Positions 46,946-60,926 are shown, counted from the first letter of the stretch. The stretch is DNA of 64,000 bases from an uncultured Actinomycetes bacterium (GCA_963836445.1 CAWIJM010000031.1:18680-82679); one strand, 5' to 3'. Made by a program: numbers and translations. The notes: generated by a model from the sequence alone, not told the origin.

Positions 46946-47170
46946 ATGGGTACACAGCTTCGACTCGTCAAGGTCGACACACCGGCCACACGGACCCGCG
47001 CCCGGCGGGTCGAGCCGGCTCGCCGCGGCCGTCGGGCCGCCCACTGGCCCGACTGGCGGCTGGACGACCGGGCCCGCCACGTCGGACGAGCGGGCGTCGC
47101 CCAGGCCCGCGCCGCCCTGGCCCGGGCCCAGAACCCCGACCCCGAGGCTCCGCTGCCCAAGGCCAGCTGA
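46946..47170 (+). CDS. Small basic hypothetical protein (74 aa), leaderless
   Basis: MGTQLRLV...[23 protein letters not shown]; GATACT 6 nt before ATG. Confidence 0.65.
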   Translation: MGTQLRLVKVDTPATRTRARRVEPARRGRRAAHWPDWRLDDRARHVGRAGVAQARAALARAQNPDPEAPLPKAS

Positions 47171-47220
47171 CAGGCAGCGTCCGGAACGGAGGCGGCCACA
47201 AGGGCACAAGTAGCCTGGCT

Positions 47221-47286
47221 GCGGCGGCGGCGGCTTTGCCGACCACCGCCGCAGAGCCGGAGCCGGCGACGGCGCCAGGAGGACAA
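47221..47286 (+). repeat. Structured element copy 5 (leader of methylmalonyl-CoA mutase)
   Basis: GCGGCGGCGG CGGC TTT GCCG A CCACCGCCGC AGA GCCG GAGCCGGCGA CGGC GCCAGGAGGACAA-GTG; TAGCCT at 47211-47216. Confidence 0.88.
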
Positions 47287-49434
<2,148 letters not shown>

Positions 49435-49438
<4 letters not shown>

Positions 49439-50409
49439 GCGAGCTCGCACAGCAGATCGTCGAAGGGGACCGGCGCGCGCTGGCGCGTGCGATCACGATG
49501 GTCGAGTCGACCCGGCCCGACCACCGCGACGAAGCCGCGGCGCTGCTCACCGAGGTGCTCAGGCACACCGGCGGCGCGATCCGGATCGGCATCTCGGGCG
49601 CGCCGGGCTCGGGCAAGTCGACGTTCATCGAGGCGTTCGGCCTCCATCTCGTCGAGCACGGTCACCGTGTGGCGGTCCTCGCGGTCGACCCGTCGAGCAC
49701 CCGCACGGGCGGGTCGATCCTCGGTGACAAGACGCGCATGGGCGAGCTCACGCGTTCCGACTCGGCTTTCGTCCGCCCGTCGCCCACGGCCGGCACGCTC
49801 GGCGGCGTCGCCCGGCGTACGCGGGAGGCGATGTTGTTGTGCGAAGCGGCCGGCTTCGACGTCGTGATGGTCGAGACCGTCGGCGTCGGCCAGTCCGAGG
49901 TCGCGGTCGCCGGCATGGTCGACCTGTTCGCCGTGCTGGTCGCACCCGGTGCCGGGGACGAGCTCCAGGGCATCAAGCGGGGGATCATCGAGCTCGCCGA
50001 CGTCGTCGTCGTCAACAAGAACGACGGCGAGCTCGCACCCGCGGCCAAGACCACCGCCACCGACTACAGCAGCGCGCTCCGGCTCGTCCGCTCGAAGACC
50101 CAGGCCTGGACACCGCGCGTCGTGCTCGTGTCCGCGCTGGAGGGCACCGGCGTCGACGAGCTCTGGTCGACGGTCGAGGAGTTCCGGTCCACGCTCGACG
50201 CCACCGGCGAGCTCGACCGCCGCCGGGCCGAGCAGGCCCGGGAGTGGATGTGGTCCGAGGTCTCCGAGAGCCTCATGGACGCGCTCCGGAACGACGAACG
50301 CGTGTCGGACCTCGCAGACCGACTCGAATCCGCCGTCACCGCCGGCGAGCTGGCTCCGGCGGCGGCGGCTCGCCAGATCCTCGATGCGTTCCTGCGGGTC
50401 GAGAAGTAG
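49435..50409 (+). CDS. meaB: Methylmalonyl-CoA mutase-associated GTPase
   Basis: [34 protein letters not shown]. Confidence 0.95.
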
Positions 50410-50493
50410 TCGTGGGCGCTGCGGTCCCCCGGGGAGCGGCACCGCGGGTCGACCGAGAGGCGTACGCTTCCGTACAGACAGCAGGCGGTGAGG

Positions 50494-50527
50494 GCCCCGG
50501 GAGTTTCGGCTCCCGGGGCACTCTTGT
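50494..50527 (+). terminator. Probable intrinsic terminator after meaB
   Basis: GCCCCGGGAG-TTTCGG-CTCCCGGGGC followed by ACTCTTGT. Confidence 0.6.
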
Positions 50528-50688
50528 GCTCGGGTATTCTCGCCGCCTGGGCAGCAGCTCTCGCGGTCGTGCTTACCCTGCCCGAGTGCGGCTGGGGGCT
50601 GCTGCCCCGACTTCTCTCTCGCTGTCGCTCCGCCCACGGTGTTTGTGCGCGTGCGCTCCCTGAAACTGTCCAACCGCCTGTCGTGCCG

Positions 50689-50717
50689 TTGACCGGCGAG
50701 ACACAAGTCTTTACACT
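50689..50717 (+). promoter_or_regulatory. Housekeeping-sigma promoter
   Basis: TTGACC-17 nt-TACACT upstream of the 50771 gene (SD GGAGG). Confidence 0.75.
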
Positions 50718-50770
50718 CTGAGGCACCTTCACTTCCCCGGCCGCTCGACTGCCTCGCCGGGAGGAACCCG

Positions 50771-51388
50771 ATGCCCGCCACCCTCACGATCACGCCCTGG
50801 CCCGACCCGTTGCTCGACACGCTGGGCCACGATCCGCGCTCGCTGTACGTCGAGACGTTCTGGCTGCCGACGCTCGGCCCGACGGCCGTGCTGCTGCTCC
50901 GCCATCTGGCGACCAGGTTCGACGAATCGCCCACCGGCGTGGAGCTGCCCGTCGCCGACACGTCGCAGGCCCTCGGCCTCGGCCAGCGCGACGGCAACAG
51001 CTCGCCGATCGTCCGGACGCTCACACGGCTGTCGCAGTTCGACCTCGCGTGCGACGACGGACGGGGCACGGTCGCCGTCCGTCGCAACCTGCCTCCCATC
51101 AACCGCCGCCACGTGCGCCGGCTGCCGGCGAGCCTGCAGGTCGCGCACGCCGAGTGGGCGGAGGCGAAGCTCGCCGAACCGCCGCTCGCGACCGCCCGCC
51201 GCCGCGCCCGGCAGGTCGCGTTCACGCTCCTCGAGCAGGGCGACGACTCCGATCACGTCGAGCGGGTCCTGTTCGCGACCGGCTTCCACCCGTCGGTGTG
51301 CCACGACGCGGCGCGGTGGGCATACCAGCGCCACCGCGAGGCGATGGACGGCCGCGGCCGAGCCGCCACACCGGAGACGGCGGCATAG
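50771..51388 (+). CDS. Hypothetical protein, possible winged-helix
   Basis: Clean ORF with promoter and SD; DPRSLYVETFWLPTLGPTAVLLLR. Confidence 0.7.
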   Translation: MPATLTITPWPDPLLDTLGHDPRSLYVETFWLPTLGPTAVLLLRHLATRFDESPTGVELPVADTSQALGLGQRDGNSSPIVRTLTRLSQFDLACDDGRGTVAVRRNLPPINRRHVRRLPASLQVAHAEWAEAKLAEPPLATARRRARQVAFTLLEQGDDSDHVERVLFATGFHPSVCHDAARWAYQRHREAMDGRGRAATPETAA

Positions 51389-51398
51389 CCTTGACCGG

Positions 51399-52162
51399 AT
51401 GGCCGTCGGCACCGATCTCGAGAACGTCGCGAGCTGGATCCGCGACGCGTGCCTGATCGTCGTGCTGACCGGGGCGGGGATCTCGACCGAGTCCGGGATC
51501 CCCGACTTCCGCGGGCCGCAGGGTGTCTGGACGAAGGACCCCGACGCCGAGAAGACGGCGACGCTGCAGTACTACGTGTCAGACCCGGAGATCCGGAAGC
51601 GGGCGTGGCAGAACCGGGTCAAGAGCGAGATGTGGCAGGCGGAGCCGAACGCCGGCCATCAGGCGCTCGCCGACCTCGAGCGCAAAGCGGCGTTGCACAC
51701 ACTCGTGACGCAGAACGTCGACGGCTTGCACCAGGCGGCGGGCACGAGTCCCGAGCGGGTCATCGAAATCCACGGGAACGTGCACGAGGTGAAGTGCCTG
51801 TCGTGCACATGGCGCGGGCCGATGCCCGAAACCCTCGATCGTGTGCGCGCCGGTGAGGACGACCCGCGCTGCCTCGGCTGCGGCGGGATCCTCAAGTCGG
51901 CGACGATCTCGTTCGGGGAGAACCTCGTCCCCGCCGACCTCCAACGCGCGCAGCTCGCCGCCCAGGACTGCGATCTGTTCCTCGCCGTCGGCAGCTCGCT
52001 GACCGTGTATCCCGCCGCCGGGCTCCCCGAGGTTGCTCTGAACGCGGGCGCGCGCCTCGTGATCATGAACGCGCAGGAAACCCCGTTCGACCGCGTCGCC
52101 GCCGCGGTCATCCCCGAGCAGCTCGGAGAAGTCCTCCCCGCGCTCGATCGAGCGCCGTCTGA
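51399..52162 (+). CDS. cobB: NAD-dependent protein deacylase (Sir2)
   Basis: GAGISTESGIPDFRG, TQNVDGLH, EIHG, GSSLTVYPAA; 3' end after an indel. Confidence 0.92.
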
Positions 52163-52172
52163 GCCCGGACCG

Positions 52173-52897
52173 TTACCCGATGAACGCGGGTTCGGCCGTG
52201 ACCGCCTCCGCCGCGGACGGGCCCGCCGCACGGCTCGCCGTTGTCACCGAGCACGCAATACAGCGCCGCCCAGGCAACCCTCGGCTCTTGGTTGATGAGG
52301 GGAGCAACAGGGCCTGGCCGACCGCGTCCGGTCCGGCGGAGGGATCGACGTTCTGGAGCGCCTGCGCCACCTCGTCCGGATTGATCTCGTCGAGCGTCTT
52401 CAGCCTCAGGCACACCGCGGCCACCGCGTAGGTCGCGGGCCGGGGATGGTCGTTGGGTGTGTCGATCGTGCCCTTGCCCGTCGCCGGGTCCCAGAAGGAC
52501 GTGGCCTGCTGGCCCGTCGTCTCGTCCGTCACCGGCTGCTGGGTCGCGACGTCGGCGAAGGCGAGCGCGAACAGGATCGTGAAGTTCAGGTCCTCCGGCG
52601 TGAGACTGGGCGCTGCTCTGCACGCTTCTCAGCAGGTTCGGGATGGTGCTCGACGGGTCCTGGCCGCCGATCAGCTGGCCCGCGAGCGTCTGGACCTGCG
52701 CGACGAACTCGTTCCCGCTGAGGCACTCCTGCTTGTAGTCCTGGGGGGACGGTGGCATCGATCGGCGTGCCGACCTTCCCCTCCTTGGGGTCGATCTGGA
52801 GCGTGAGTCTCGCCTCCGGTTGCGACGAGGCCGGCCCGGCGAGGGCAACGACCCCGATCATGGCCCCGGTCAGCACGACGCCAATCCGCTTGAACAT
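52173..52897 (-). CDS. Secreted hypothetical protein (frameshifted)
   Basis: Signal peptide [25 protein letters not shown]; ends [12 protein letters not shown]. Confidence 0.65.
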
Positions 52898-52980
52898 TTG
52901 TCCCCCTTTAATCACGGCCCCAAACCGGTTGGCGGAGAACTTAGCAAAAAGGGCAAACGGGGCATCAACCCCGCGGCACC

Positions 52981-53728
52981 CTACTCCTCCTCGTACTCGG
53001 CGGCGGCGGCGGCGCCGATGATGCCGGCCTCGTTCCGGAGCTAGGCCGCAACCAGCTCGGCCCGCGTGTTCAGGTAGCCGAAGAACTTCTCCGGCTTCTT
53101 GCTGATCCCGCCACCGATGATGATCAGCTCGGGGTTGAGGAGCGCCTCGAGCTTCTGCAGGTACGCGTTCACGCGGCCGCCCCACTTCTTCCAGGAGAGG
53201 GCCTTGCTTTCGCGGGCCTTTCCAGGCGCGTGTCTCGGCGTCGCGTGCCGCCGACCTCGATGTGGCCGAGCTCGGTGTTCGGGAACCAGCTTGCCGTCGA
53301 CGAACACTGCCGTCCCGATTCCGGTCCCGAGCGTGACCATGACGACGACGCCCATGCGGTGCTTGCCGGCACCGAACTCCATCTCGGCCACGCCGGCGGC
53401 GTCGGCGTCGTTGATCACCGTGAAGGGCCGTGAGGTGGCCTGCTCGAGCGTCGCCCGCACATCGGTTCCGATCCAGCGCTTGTCGACATTGGCGGCCGTC
53501 AGCGCGACGCCGTCGCTGGATAACGGCCGGGAACGTGCCTCCCACGCGGCCGTCGAGCTGGAAATGGCCGACGACCTCGCCCACGGTCTTGGCGACGGCC
53601 TCGGGCGTGGCGGGCTGCGGCGTGAGCAGGCGATAGCGGTCGGCGGCCAACGTTCCCCGTTCGATATCGACGGGCGCTCCCTTGATCCCCGTGCCGCCGA
53701 TGTCGATCCCGAGCAGCTGCTGCGCCAA
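52981..53728 (-). CDS. ppgK: Polyphosphate glucokinase (ROK); frameshifts and in-frame TAG at 53041-53043
   Basis: [44 protein letters not shown]. Confidence 0.9.
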
Positions 53729-53907
53729 GACACTCTCCTACCCTCGCGAGCTCCCGAGGCTATTCGTCGGGTACGCGCGGAGGCGGACGACCGCCCAGCC
53801 GCCGGGGCGCTTTGGAATACCCGACCCCCGGGGTAGCATTTGATGGAGTAGAGGCTATCATAAATACGACAGGCCTCCGGCCGAGCCCGAAGTCGAGAGG
53901 ACTCACC

Positions 53908-55090
53908 ATGCCCGGCTACCGCGACCTGCTTGCCCAGGCCAAGCGGAACATCCAGGAGATCGACCCCGCCGACGCCGAGGGGCGGCCTGGGCGACGCCAC
54001 CTTCCTCGACGTCCGCGAGCTCGACGAGTACGAGCAGGGAACGGTGCCGGACTCGGTGTTCATCCCCCGCGGCCACCTCGAGAGCCAGGTCGAGAACAAG
54101 GTCTCGAAGGACAAGCCGGTTGTCGTGTACTGCGCCGCCGGCAACCGCTCGGCCTTCGCGGCCGAGACACTGCGGGAGCTGGGCTACAAGGACGTCGCCT
54201 CGTTGAAGGGCGGGTTCGGGCGGTGGAAGGACGAGGGCCGGCCCTGGATCACGCCGCAGACCCTGACGCCAGAGCAGCGCAACCGGTACCACCGCCACGT
54301 GCTCCTGCCCGAGATCGGCGAGGCCGGCCAGCAGAAGCTCCTCGAGAGCAAGGTGCTGCTGCTCGGCGCGGGCGGCCTCGGCTCGCCCGCTGCCATGTAC
54401 CTCGCCGCCGCCGGTGTGGGAACGCTCGGCATCGTCGACATGGACGTCGTCGACTCGTCGAACCTGCAGCGCCAGATCCTCCACAACGTCGACCGCATCG
54501 GCGAGCGCAAGGTCGACTCGGCCAAGAAGACGCTCACGCAGCTCAATCCCGATGTCGACGTCGTCACATACGACGTGCGCCTCGGCGCCGACAACGTCCT
54601 CGAGATCATCGACGGCTACGACGTCATCGTCGACGGGACCGACAACTTCCCGACCCGGTACCTGCTGAACGACGCGTCGCTGCTGAAGCGCATCCCCGTC
54701 GTCCATGGATCGATCTTCCGGTTCGAGGGACAGGTCACGGTGTTCAAGCCCTACGAGGGCCCGTGCTACCGGTGCCTGCTGCCCGAGCCGCCGCCGGCCG
54801 AGCTGGCGCCGAGCTGCGCCGAGGCCGGCGTGCTCGGCGTGCTTCCCGGGATCATCGGGTCGATCCAGGGCCTCGAGGCGATCAAGGTTGCGCTCGACCT
54901 CGGTGACCCGCTGATCGGACGGCTGCTCGCGTACGACGCCCTCGAAGAGTCGTTCCGCACGTTCAACGTGCGCCGCGACCCCGTGTGCCCGGCGTGCGGC
55001 GAGAACGCGGGCGAGATCGTCATCGCCGAGTACGACGACCTCTGCCTACCCCACGCCACGCTGGCGGACGGGTCGACCACCGATCACTGA
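53908..55090 (+). CDS. moeB: MoeB/ThiF adenylyltransferase with N-terminal rhodanese domain (frameshifted)
   Basis: DVRELDEY...YCAAGNRS rhodanese; GAGGLGSP, SNLQRQ, CYRC, CPAC. Confidence 0.9.
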
Positions 55091-55114
55091 GCGGGCGCTG
55101 GGCGCGCCTGGCAC

Positions 55115-56465
55115 TCAAGGTTCGATCGGCTCGGCGCGCACGGCGTCGAAGAGAGCTTCGGCTTCCCGGCCCGTCGTCTCCCGCAACGGTCGCCAGAGCA
55201 GCGCCACCATGGCGATCAGCGCGGCGATCGATCCGGTGAAGTACGCGAGCTCGGCGTGGAGGAGCACATCGCTCCCACCGACGAGCACCGCAACCAGAAA
55301 GGCGATCACGCCGACCACCCATCCGAACGTGTACCGACCGTGGTGCTCCAGCGCGATGAGGGCCTGTCCCAGGGTCAACGCGAGCATGTAGAGGGCCGAT
55401 CCGAACCCGAGCAGCGCCATGTCACGGGCTTCGAGTTGGAAGTCGCTGCCGAAGAACGTGCGCACGGCCCACGGCCCGAGCAGCGTCGAGCCGATCGTGG
55501 ACGCGGCGCCGATCACGATCACCGCGAGCGTGAGCTTGCGGAGACCGGCGCGAAACGCCTCCCGCTCACCCGCGCCGCGCTGCTCGGACAGCTCCGGCAC
55601 CAACGTCGCCTGGATCGCCTGGAAAAAGTAGAGAGGGACGCGAGACAGGAGCATGCCGGCGAAGATCCAGCTGGTCTGCTCCGACTCGGAGCTGCTCGAC
55701 AGCAGCTGCACGACGACGGCCGCCGCGTTGAGCAGGGCCAGCGCGAGCGCAGACCCGGCGACGAGAAAGCCGATGTTGGCCGAGATCTCCGCCCAGGCCG
55801 CGGGCGGGCCCGGCTCCACCAGTCCTTTCTGGCCGCGGAGCGCGATCGCCACGGCTACGAACGGGGCAATCGCGACCAGCAGGCCGTACGGACCGGCGGT
55901 CTCGACGCCGATCACCGCCAGCACGACGCACGCCGCGAGGCGCAGCAAGCCTTCACTCCCGACGAGCAGGCCGTAGGGGCCGAACCGGTCGTTCCCGGCC
56001 AGCACGCCCCGACTCATGTGCTCGGCGAAGTAGCCGACGAGCATGATCACCAGCGCGCCGACCAGCAGCGTCTGGCCCTTGAACAACGAGTCGACGAGCG
56101 GAGTGACGAGCGCGGCGACGACGATCACGATCACGAGCCCGGCCGCGATCACGCCGCCGGTGAGCGCACCGCGCTGTATGACCGGGGCGCTCCCCGTGTG
56201 GCGGGCGCGCCGGGCGGCGATCGCGCGCGGCCATCTCCTGTTCGAGCGGTTGGAAGAAGCCCGGCGCGGCGGTGAACGCGATGACCCACAGCACCGCCAG
56301 CGCGCTGTACTTCTCGCTGCCGAGAACCTGCCCCGACACGGCCAGGAACAGGTAGGCGGTCACGCCGGCGACGATCAGCCAGAGGCCGATCGTGGCGCTC
56401 CCCTCCGGGAACGGGTTGCGCTCGCGCAACCGCTCGCGGAGCGCGTGTACGCGCGAACCCGCCAT
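55115..56465 (-). CDS. Polysaccharide/oligosaccharide flippase-like membrane protein (frameshifted)
   Basis: Many TM helices; FFQPLEQE, SRVPLYFFQAIQATLVP. Confidence 0.7.
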
Positions 56466-56470
56466 CGCGC

Positions 56471-57984
56471 TCAGTGAGCCGTTCGGCTCCGCGCCGGCTT
56501 CTTGAACCGGTCGACGAGCTCGACGAGCGTGCGGACGGCGAACCCCGTCCCACCCTTGACGAGATAGCCGTCATCGCCGCCGGCGCGAGCCGGCCCGGCG
56601 ATGTCGAGATGCACCCACGGAACGCCGTCGACGAACTCCGAGAAGAACAGGGCGGCCGTGAGCGCGCCGCCGTAGCTCCCGGTGCTGATGTTGCGCAGGT
56701 CGGCCACCTCGGACTCGAGGAGCTTGCGGTACTCCGTTCGGCATCGGGAGCGGCCACACCGGCTCGCCGACCGCGTCGGCGGCCGCCTGGACCTGCTCGT
56801 TCCACGTGTCGCGGTTCCCCATGAGGCCGGCGATCTTGTCGCCCAGCGCGACCATGCACGCGCCGGTGAGCGTGGCGACGTCGACGACTGCGTCCGGCTT
56901 GTCCTCGGCAGCGAGCGCGAGCGCGTCGGCGAGGATGAGCCGGCCCTCGGCGTCGGTGTTCAGCACTTCGACCGTCTTGCCGTTCCGGATCTTGAGGACG
57001 TCGCCGGGACGGATCGCCGTCCCGCTGGGCATGTTCTCAACCATCGGCACGTACGCGGTCACCTTGGCCTTGACGCCGAGGTCCTTCAGCACCGACATCG
57101 CCGCCAGCACCGCCGCCGCGCCCGACATGTCGATCTTCATCGTCTCCATGCCACTCGAGGTCTTGAGCGACAGGCCGCCGGAGTCGAAGACCACTCCCTT
57201 GCCGACGAACGCGACCGAGCCCTGCTTGCCCTGCGGCGAGTACGTCGCCTTGACGAGCCGGGGCGGGTTGCCGGAGCCCTGACCGACGCCCACCACGCCG
57301 CCGAGCCCTTCGGCCTTGAGCTCCGCCTCGGTCATCACCTTCACGGTGACGCCCTTGCCGCGCAGGAGCTTCTTCGCCGCGTCGGCGAACGCCGCCGGCG
57401 ACTTGGCGCCCGACGGCTCGTTCACCATGTCGCGCGCCCATGTGACGGCGGCCGCCACGGTCGCGCCCCGGTCGAGCGCGGCTTCGACGCGCGCGTTCGC
57501 CCGGCCGACGACGACCACCTTCGACAGCCGGGTCGCGTCGTCGTTGCCCTTGTACTTGAGGAACTGGTACGAGCCGAGGACGAAACCCTCGGCGAGCAGC
57601 CTGCGCGGCGTCGGGACGTTCGATCCCGGCCGCGTCGGCAAGGTCGACGAGCGTCGTCGCCACCGACGCCGCCTTCGTCGCCTTGCGGGCGACGGCCGCG
57701 GCGGCGCGGCGTAGGCCGTCGGCAGTGATCTCGTCGAACGCGCCCACGCCGACGAGCATCGCGGCGGCGGCGCGGAGGCGACCCCGGGTCGGCACGGCCA
57801 GCGTCTGGCCCGGCTTGCCGTCGAAGTCGGCCTCGGCCATGAACGCGGCGAGGTCGCCGTCGAGCGCGGCGTCGACGGCCGCCGCTCCCGGCCCGAGCGC
57901 GCGGCCGGCGCCGACGGGCACGGCGAGCAGCTCGGCCTGGACGCGATCGACGGGCGAAGCGGAGAGGGTGAACGTGAGCGACAC
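56471..57984 (-). CDS. pepA: Leucyl aminopeptidase (M17; frameshifted)
   Basis: VGKGVVFDSGG, MKIDMSG, NTDAEGRL, WVHLDIAG. Confidence 0.93.
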
Positions 57985-58005
57985 GGGTGCCTCCTGGTCG
58001 GTTGC

Positions 58006-58578
58006 TCAGTTCCGGTCGTCGGTGCGGACGGGGCGAAAGCCGTGCTCCTGCCAGCGTGCCAGCGTGTAGACGAGGTCGGCGAGTCGATTCAGGTACGGGA
58101 CGACCTGGCTGTCGTCGAGCCAGCCGGCGTCGCGGGCGGCGACCGCCTGGCGCTCGGCGCGACGGACGACGGTGCGGGCGAGGTCGAGCGCGGCGGCGAG
58201 CTGGTTCTCACCCGGCACCACGAACTCCTGGGGAGGATCGAAGCGGGTCGTGACGTCGTCGATGACCGGCTCGAGGGCGGCGACCATCTCGGGCGTCACC
58301 CGCGAGACGCCGGGCTCGAGCCGGTCGCGCTTGGCGGGGTCGGTCGCCAGCTCCGCGCCGGCGACGAACAGCTCGCGCTGCAGGCGGAGCAGCAGACCGT
58401 GGAGCTCCGTCCCCGGTTCCGTCAGGGCCCGGGCGAGACCGAGCGCGGAGACGGCCTCGTCGACGTCGCCGTACGCCGCCGGACCGGGCGCGTCCTTCTC
58501 GACTCGCCCGCCGTGGAACAGCCCGGTGGTTCCGTCGTCGCCGGTGCGCGTGTACACCTTCCGAGGCGCGGCACTCAT
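58006..58578 (-). CDS. PduO-type cob(I)alamin adenosyltransferase
   Basis: KVYTRTGDDGTT, AYGDVDE, RRAER, YLNRLAD; TACGCT 7 nt before ATG. Confidence 0.92.
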   Translation of the reverse strand: MSAAPRKVYTRTGDDGTTGLFHGGRVEKDAPGPAAYGDVDEAVSALGLARALTEPGTELHGLLLRLQRELFVAGAELATDPAKRDRLEPGVSRVTPEMVAALEPVIDDVTTRFDPPQEFVVPGENQLAAALDLARTVVRRAERQAVAARDAGWLDDSQVVPYLNRLADLVYTLARWQEHGFRPVRTDDRN

Positions 58579-58620
58579 CCGCCGAAGCGTAGAGGACGCA
58601 TACAAGTACGCTGTCGGGCG

Positions 58621-59562
58621 ATGTCCGTCGCCTCCGAGCGGCCGGCACCGACGCCCGGAGCCGAGGCGCCGGAGACCGGGCGCCGGCCTTCAATCGTCCG
58701 CAGCTTCCTGCGCGAGGCGCGGCCGAAGCAGTGGGTGAAGAACGTGCTGGTGTTCGCGGCGCCCGGCGCGGCGGGGGTGCTCACCGAGCCCGACCAGCTC
58801 GGGCGGACGATGATCGCGTTCGTCGCGTTCTGCCTCGCTGCGAGCGGCACGTACTTCCTGAACGACGCGATGGACGCGGAGGCGGATCGCCAGCACCCGA
58901 CGAAGCGGAACCGCCCCATCGCGGCGGGGCTCATCACGACCGCCCAGGCCAAGGTCACGGCGGTCGTCCTGATCGTGCTCGCGCTGGCCGTCTCGGCGCC
59001 GCTGAACAACGGCCGCCTGCTCGCCGTGGTCGCCGCGTACGTCGTCGTCACCGTGTCGTACACGCTCTGGCTCAAGCACGAGCCCGTCCTCGACCTCGGG
59101 TGCGTCGCGGCCGGCTTCGGCCTGCGGGCGATCGCGGGCGGCTACGCCACCGACGTCCAGCTGTCGAACTTCTTCCTCATCGTGGTCGGCGCCGGCTCGC
59201 TGTTCATCGTCGCCGGCAAGCGTCACGCCGAGCTGGCCGAGCTCGGCGAGTCGTCGGCCGGGCATCGACAGACACTCGGCGAGTACTCGGACTCCTTCCT
59301 CAACTACGTGCGCGCGGTCACGTCGGGCGTCGCGATCACCGGGTACGCGCTGTGGGCGTTCGAGCGCGCCGCCGAGGTGGGCAACACGTTCTGGTTCCGC
59401 CTCTCGATCGTCCCGTTCGTGCTCGCCATCCTCCGGTACGCGCTCACCGTCGAGCAGGGAGGCGGCGGCGCGCCCGAGGAGGTCGTGCTGCGCGACCGCA
59501 TGCTCCAGGTACTCGGCTTGGTCTGGCTGGCGACCTTCGCCATCGGAGTCCATGCCGGCTGA
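58621..59562 (+). CDS. Decaprenyl-phosphate phosphoribosyltransferase (UbiA family, Rv3806c-like)
   Basis: [51 protein letters not shown]. Confidence 0.9.
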   Translation: MSVASERPAPTPGAEAPETGRRPSIVRSFLREARPKQWVKNVLVFAAPGAAGVLTEPDQLGRTMIAFVAFCLAASGTYFLNDAMDAEADRQHPTKRNRPIAAGLITTAQAKVTAVVLIVLALAVSAPLNNGRLLAVVAAYVVVTVSYTLWLKHEPVLDLGCVAAGFGLRAIAGGYATDVQLSNFFLIVVGAGSLFIVAGKRHAELAELGESSAGHRQTLGEYSDSFLNYVRAVTSGVAITGYALWAFERAAEVGNTFWFRLSIVPFVLAILRYALTVEQGGGGAPEEVVLRDRMLQVLGLVWLATFAIGVHAG

Positions 59563-60926
59563 ACCCGCGACGCCCGAGCCCCGAAGGCTGCTGACGGGAT
59601 GGGGGCGGACCGCGCCCACCGCCGCCGGCGTCGTCGCGCCCGAGACGGTCGACGACGTCGACGACGTCCTCGAGCACCCGGGCCGGCGCGGCGCGATCGC
59701 CCGCGGGCTCGGACGCAGCTACGGCGACGCGGCGCAGAACGCGGGCGGGTCGGTGATCGACGCCACCTCGCTCGACCGGGTGCTCGACCTCGACCTCGAC
59801 CGGGGCGTGATCCGGGTCGAGGCGGGCGCGAGCCTCGACGCGCTGCTGCGCCTGCTCATGCCCCGCGGCTGGTTCGTGCCCGTGACGCCCGGCACCCGCT
59901 ACGTCACCGTCGGCGGGGCGCTGGCCGCCGACATCCACGGCAAGAACCACCACGTGGACGGCAGCTTCGCCAACCACGTGGAGCGCATCACGCTGCGCAC
60001 GCCGAAGGGCGTGCACGAGGTCGGGCCCGACGACGATCCCGAGCTGTTCTGGGCCACGGCCGGCGGGATGGGCCTCACCGGCGTCGTCACCGAGGCGACC
60101 TTCCGGCTGATCCCGATCGAGACCGCGTTCGTCACCGTCGACACCGAGCGGGCGTCCGACCTCGACGACGCCATGGCCCGGTTCCGGAGCGGCGACGACG
60201 CGTACCGGTACTCGGTCGCGTGGATCGACTGCCTGTCCGGCGGCGCCGCGCTCGGGCGGTCGGTGCTGCTGCGCGGCGACCACGCGCCGCTCGACGAGCT
60301 GCCGCCGAAGCGGCGCAGCACGGCCCGGCAGTACGAGCCGCACACGCGCCTCGCCGCGCCGGCGTGGGTGCCGAACGGCCTGGTGAACCGGCTCACGATG
60401 CGCGCGTTCAACGAGGTCTGGTTCCGGCACTACCCGCACGAGAAGCGCGGCCACGTCGAATCGATCCGGTCGTTCTTCCACCCGCTCGACGGCGTGCGCG
60501 ACTGGAACCGCATGTACGGCAGCCGCGGGTTCGTGCAGTACCAGTACGTCGTCCCCGACCACGAGCACGAGACCGTCCGCCGCACGCTCGAGAAGCTGAG
60601 CGGCGCGCAGTGCGCGTCGTTCCTCGCCGTGCTCAAGCGGTTCGGGCCCGGCAACCCCGGCCCGTCTGTCGTTCCCGACACCGGGCTGGACGCTCGCGCT
60701 CGACATCCCGGCCGGCCCGCGGGGCCTGGCCCCGCTCCTCGACGAGCTCGACCGCCTCGTCGCCGACGCCGGCGGGCGCGTCTACTTCGCCAAGGACTCG
60801 CGGCTGCGCCCCGAGCTCGTGCCGGCGATGTACCCGGAGCTGGACCGGCTGCGGGAGGTGCGGGCGCGCGTCGACCCGTCGGACGTCCTCCAGTCCGACC
60901 TCGCCCGCCGCATCGGGCTGCTGTGA
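59552..60926 (+). CDS. dprE1: Decaprenylphosphoryl-ribose oxidase DprE1-like (frameshifted)
   Basis: [52 protein letters not shown]. Confidence 0.88.

Noticed and set aside
50420-50555. Resemblance to ZTP (CCGGGGAGCG...CGCCTGGGCA) or SAH (CCGAGAGGCG) riboswitch
   Set aside because: The GACTGGCG 5' strand of ZTP and the GCTGC/GCTCGG elements of SAH are absent, and the downstream gene does not fit either regulon
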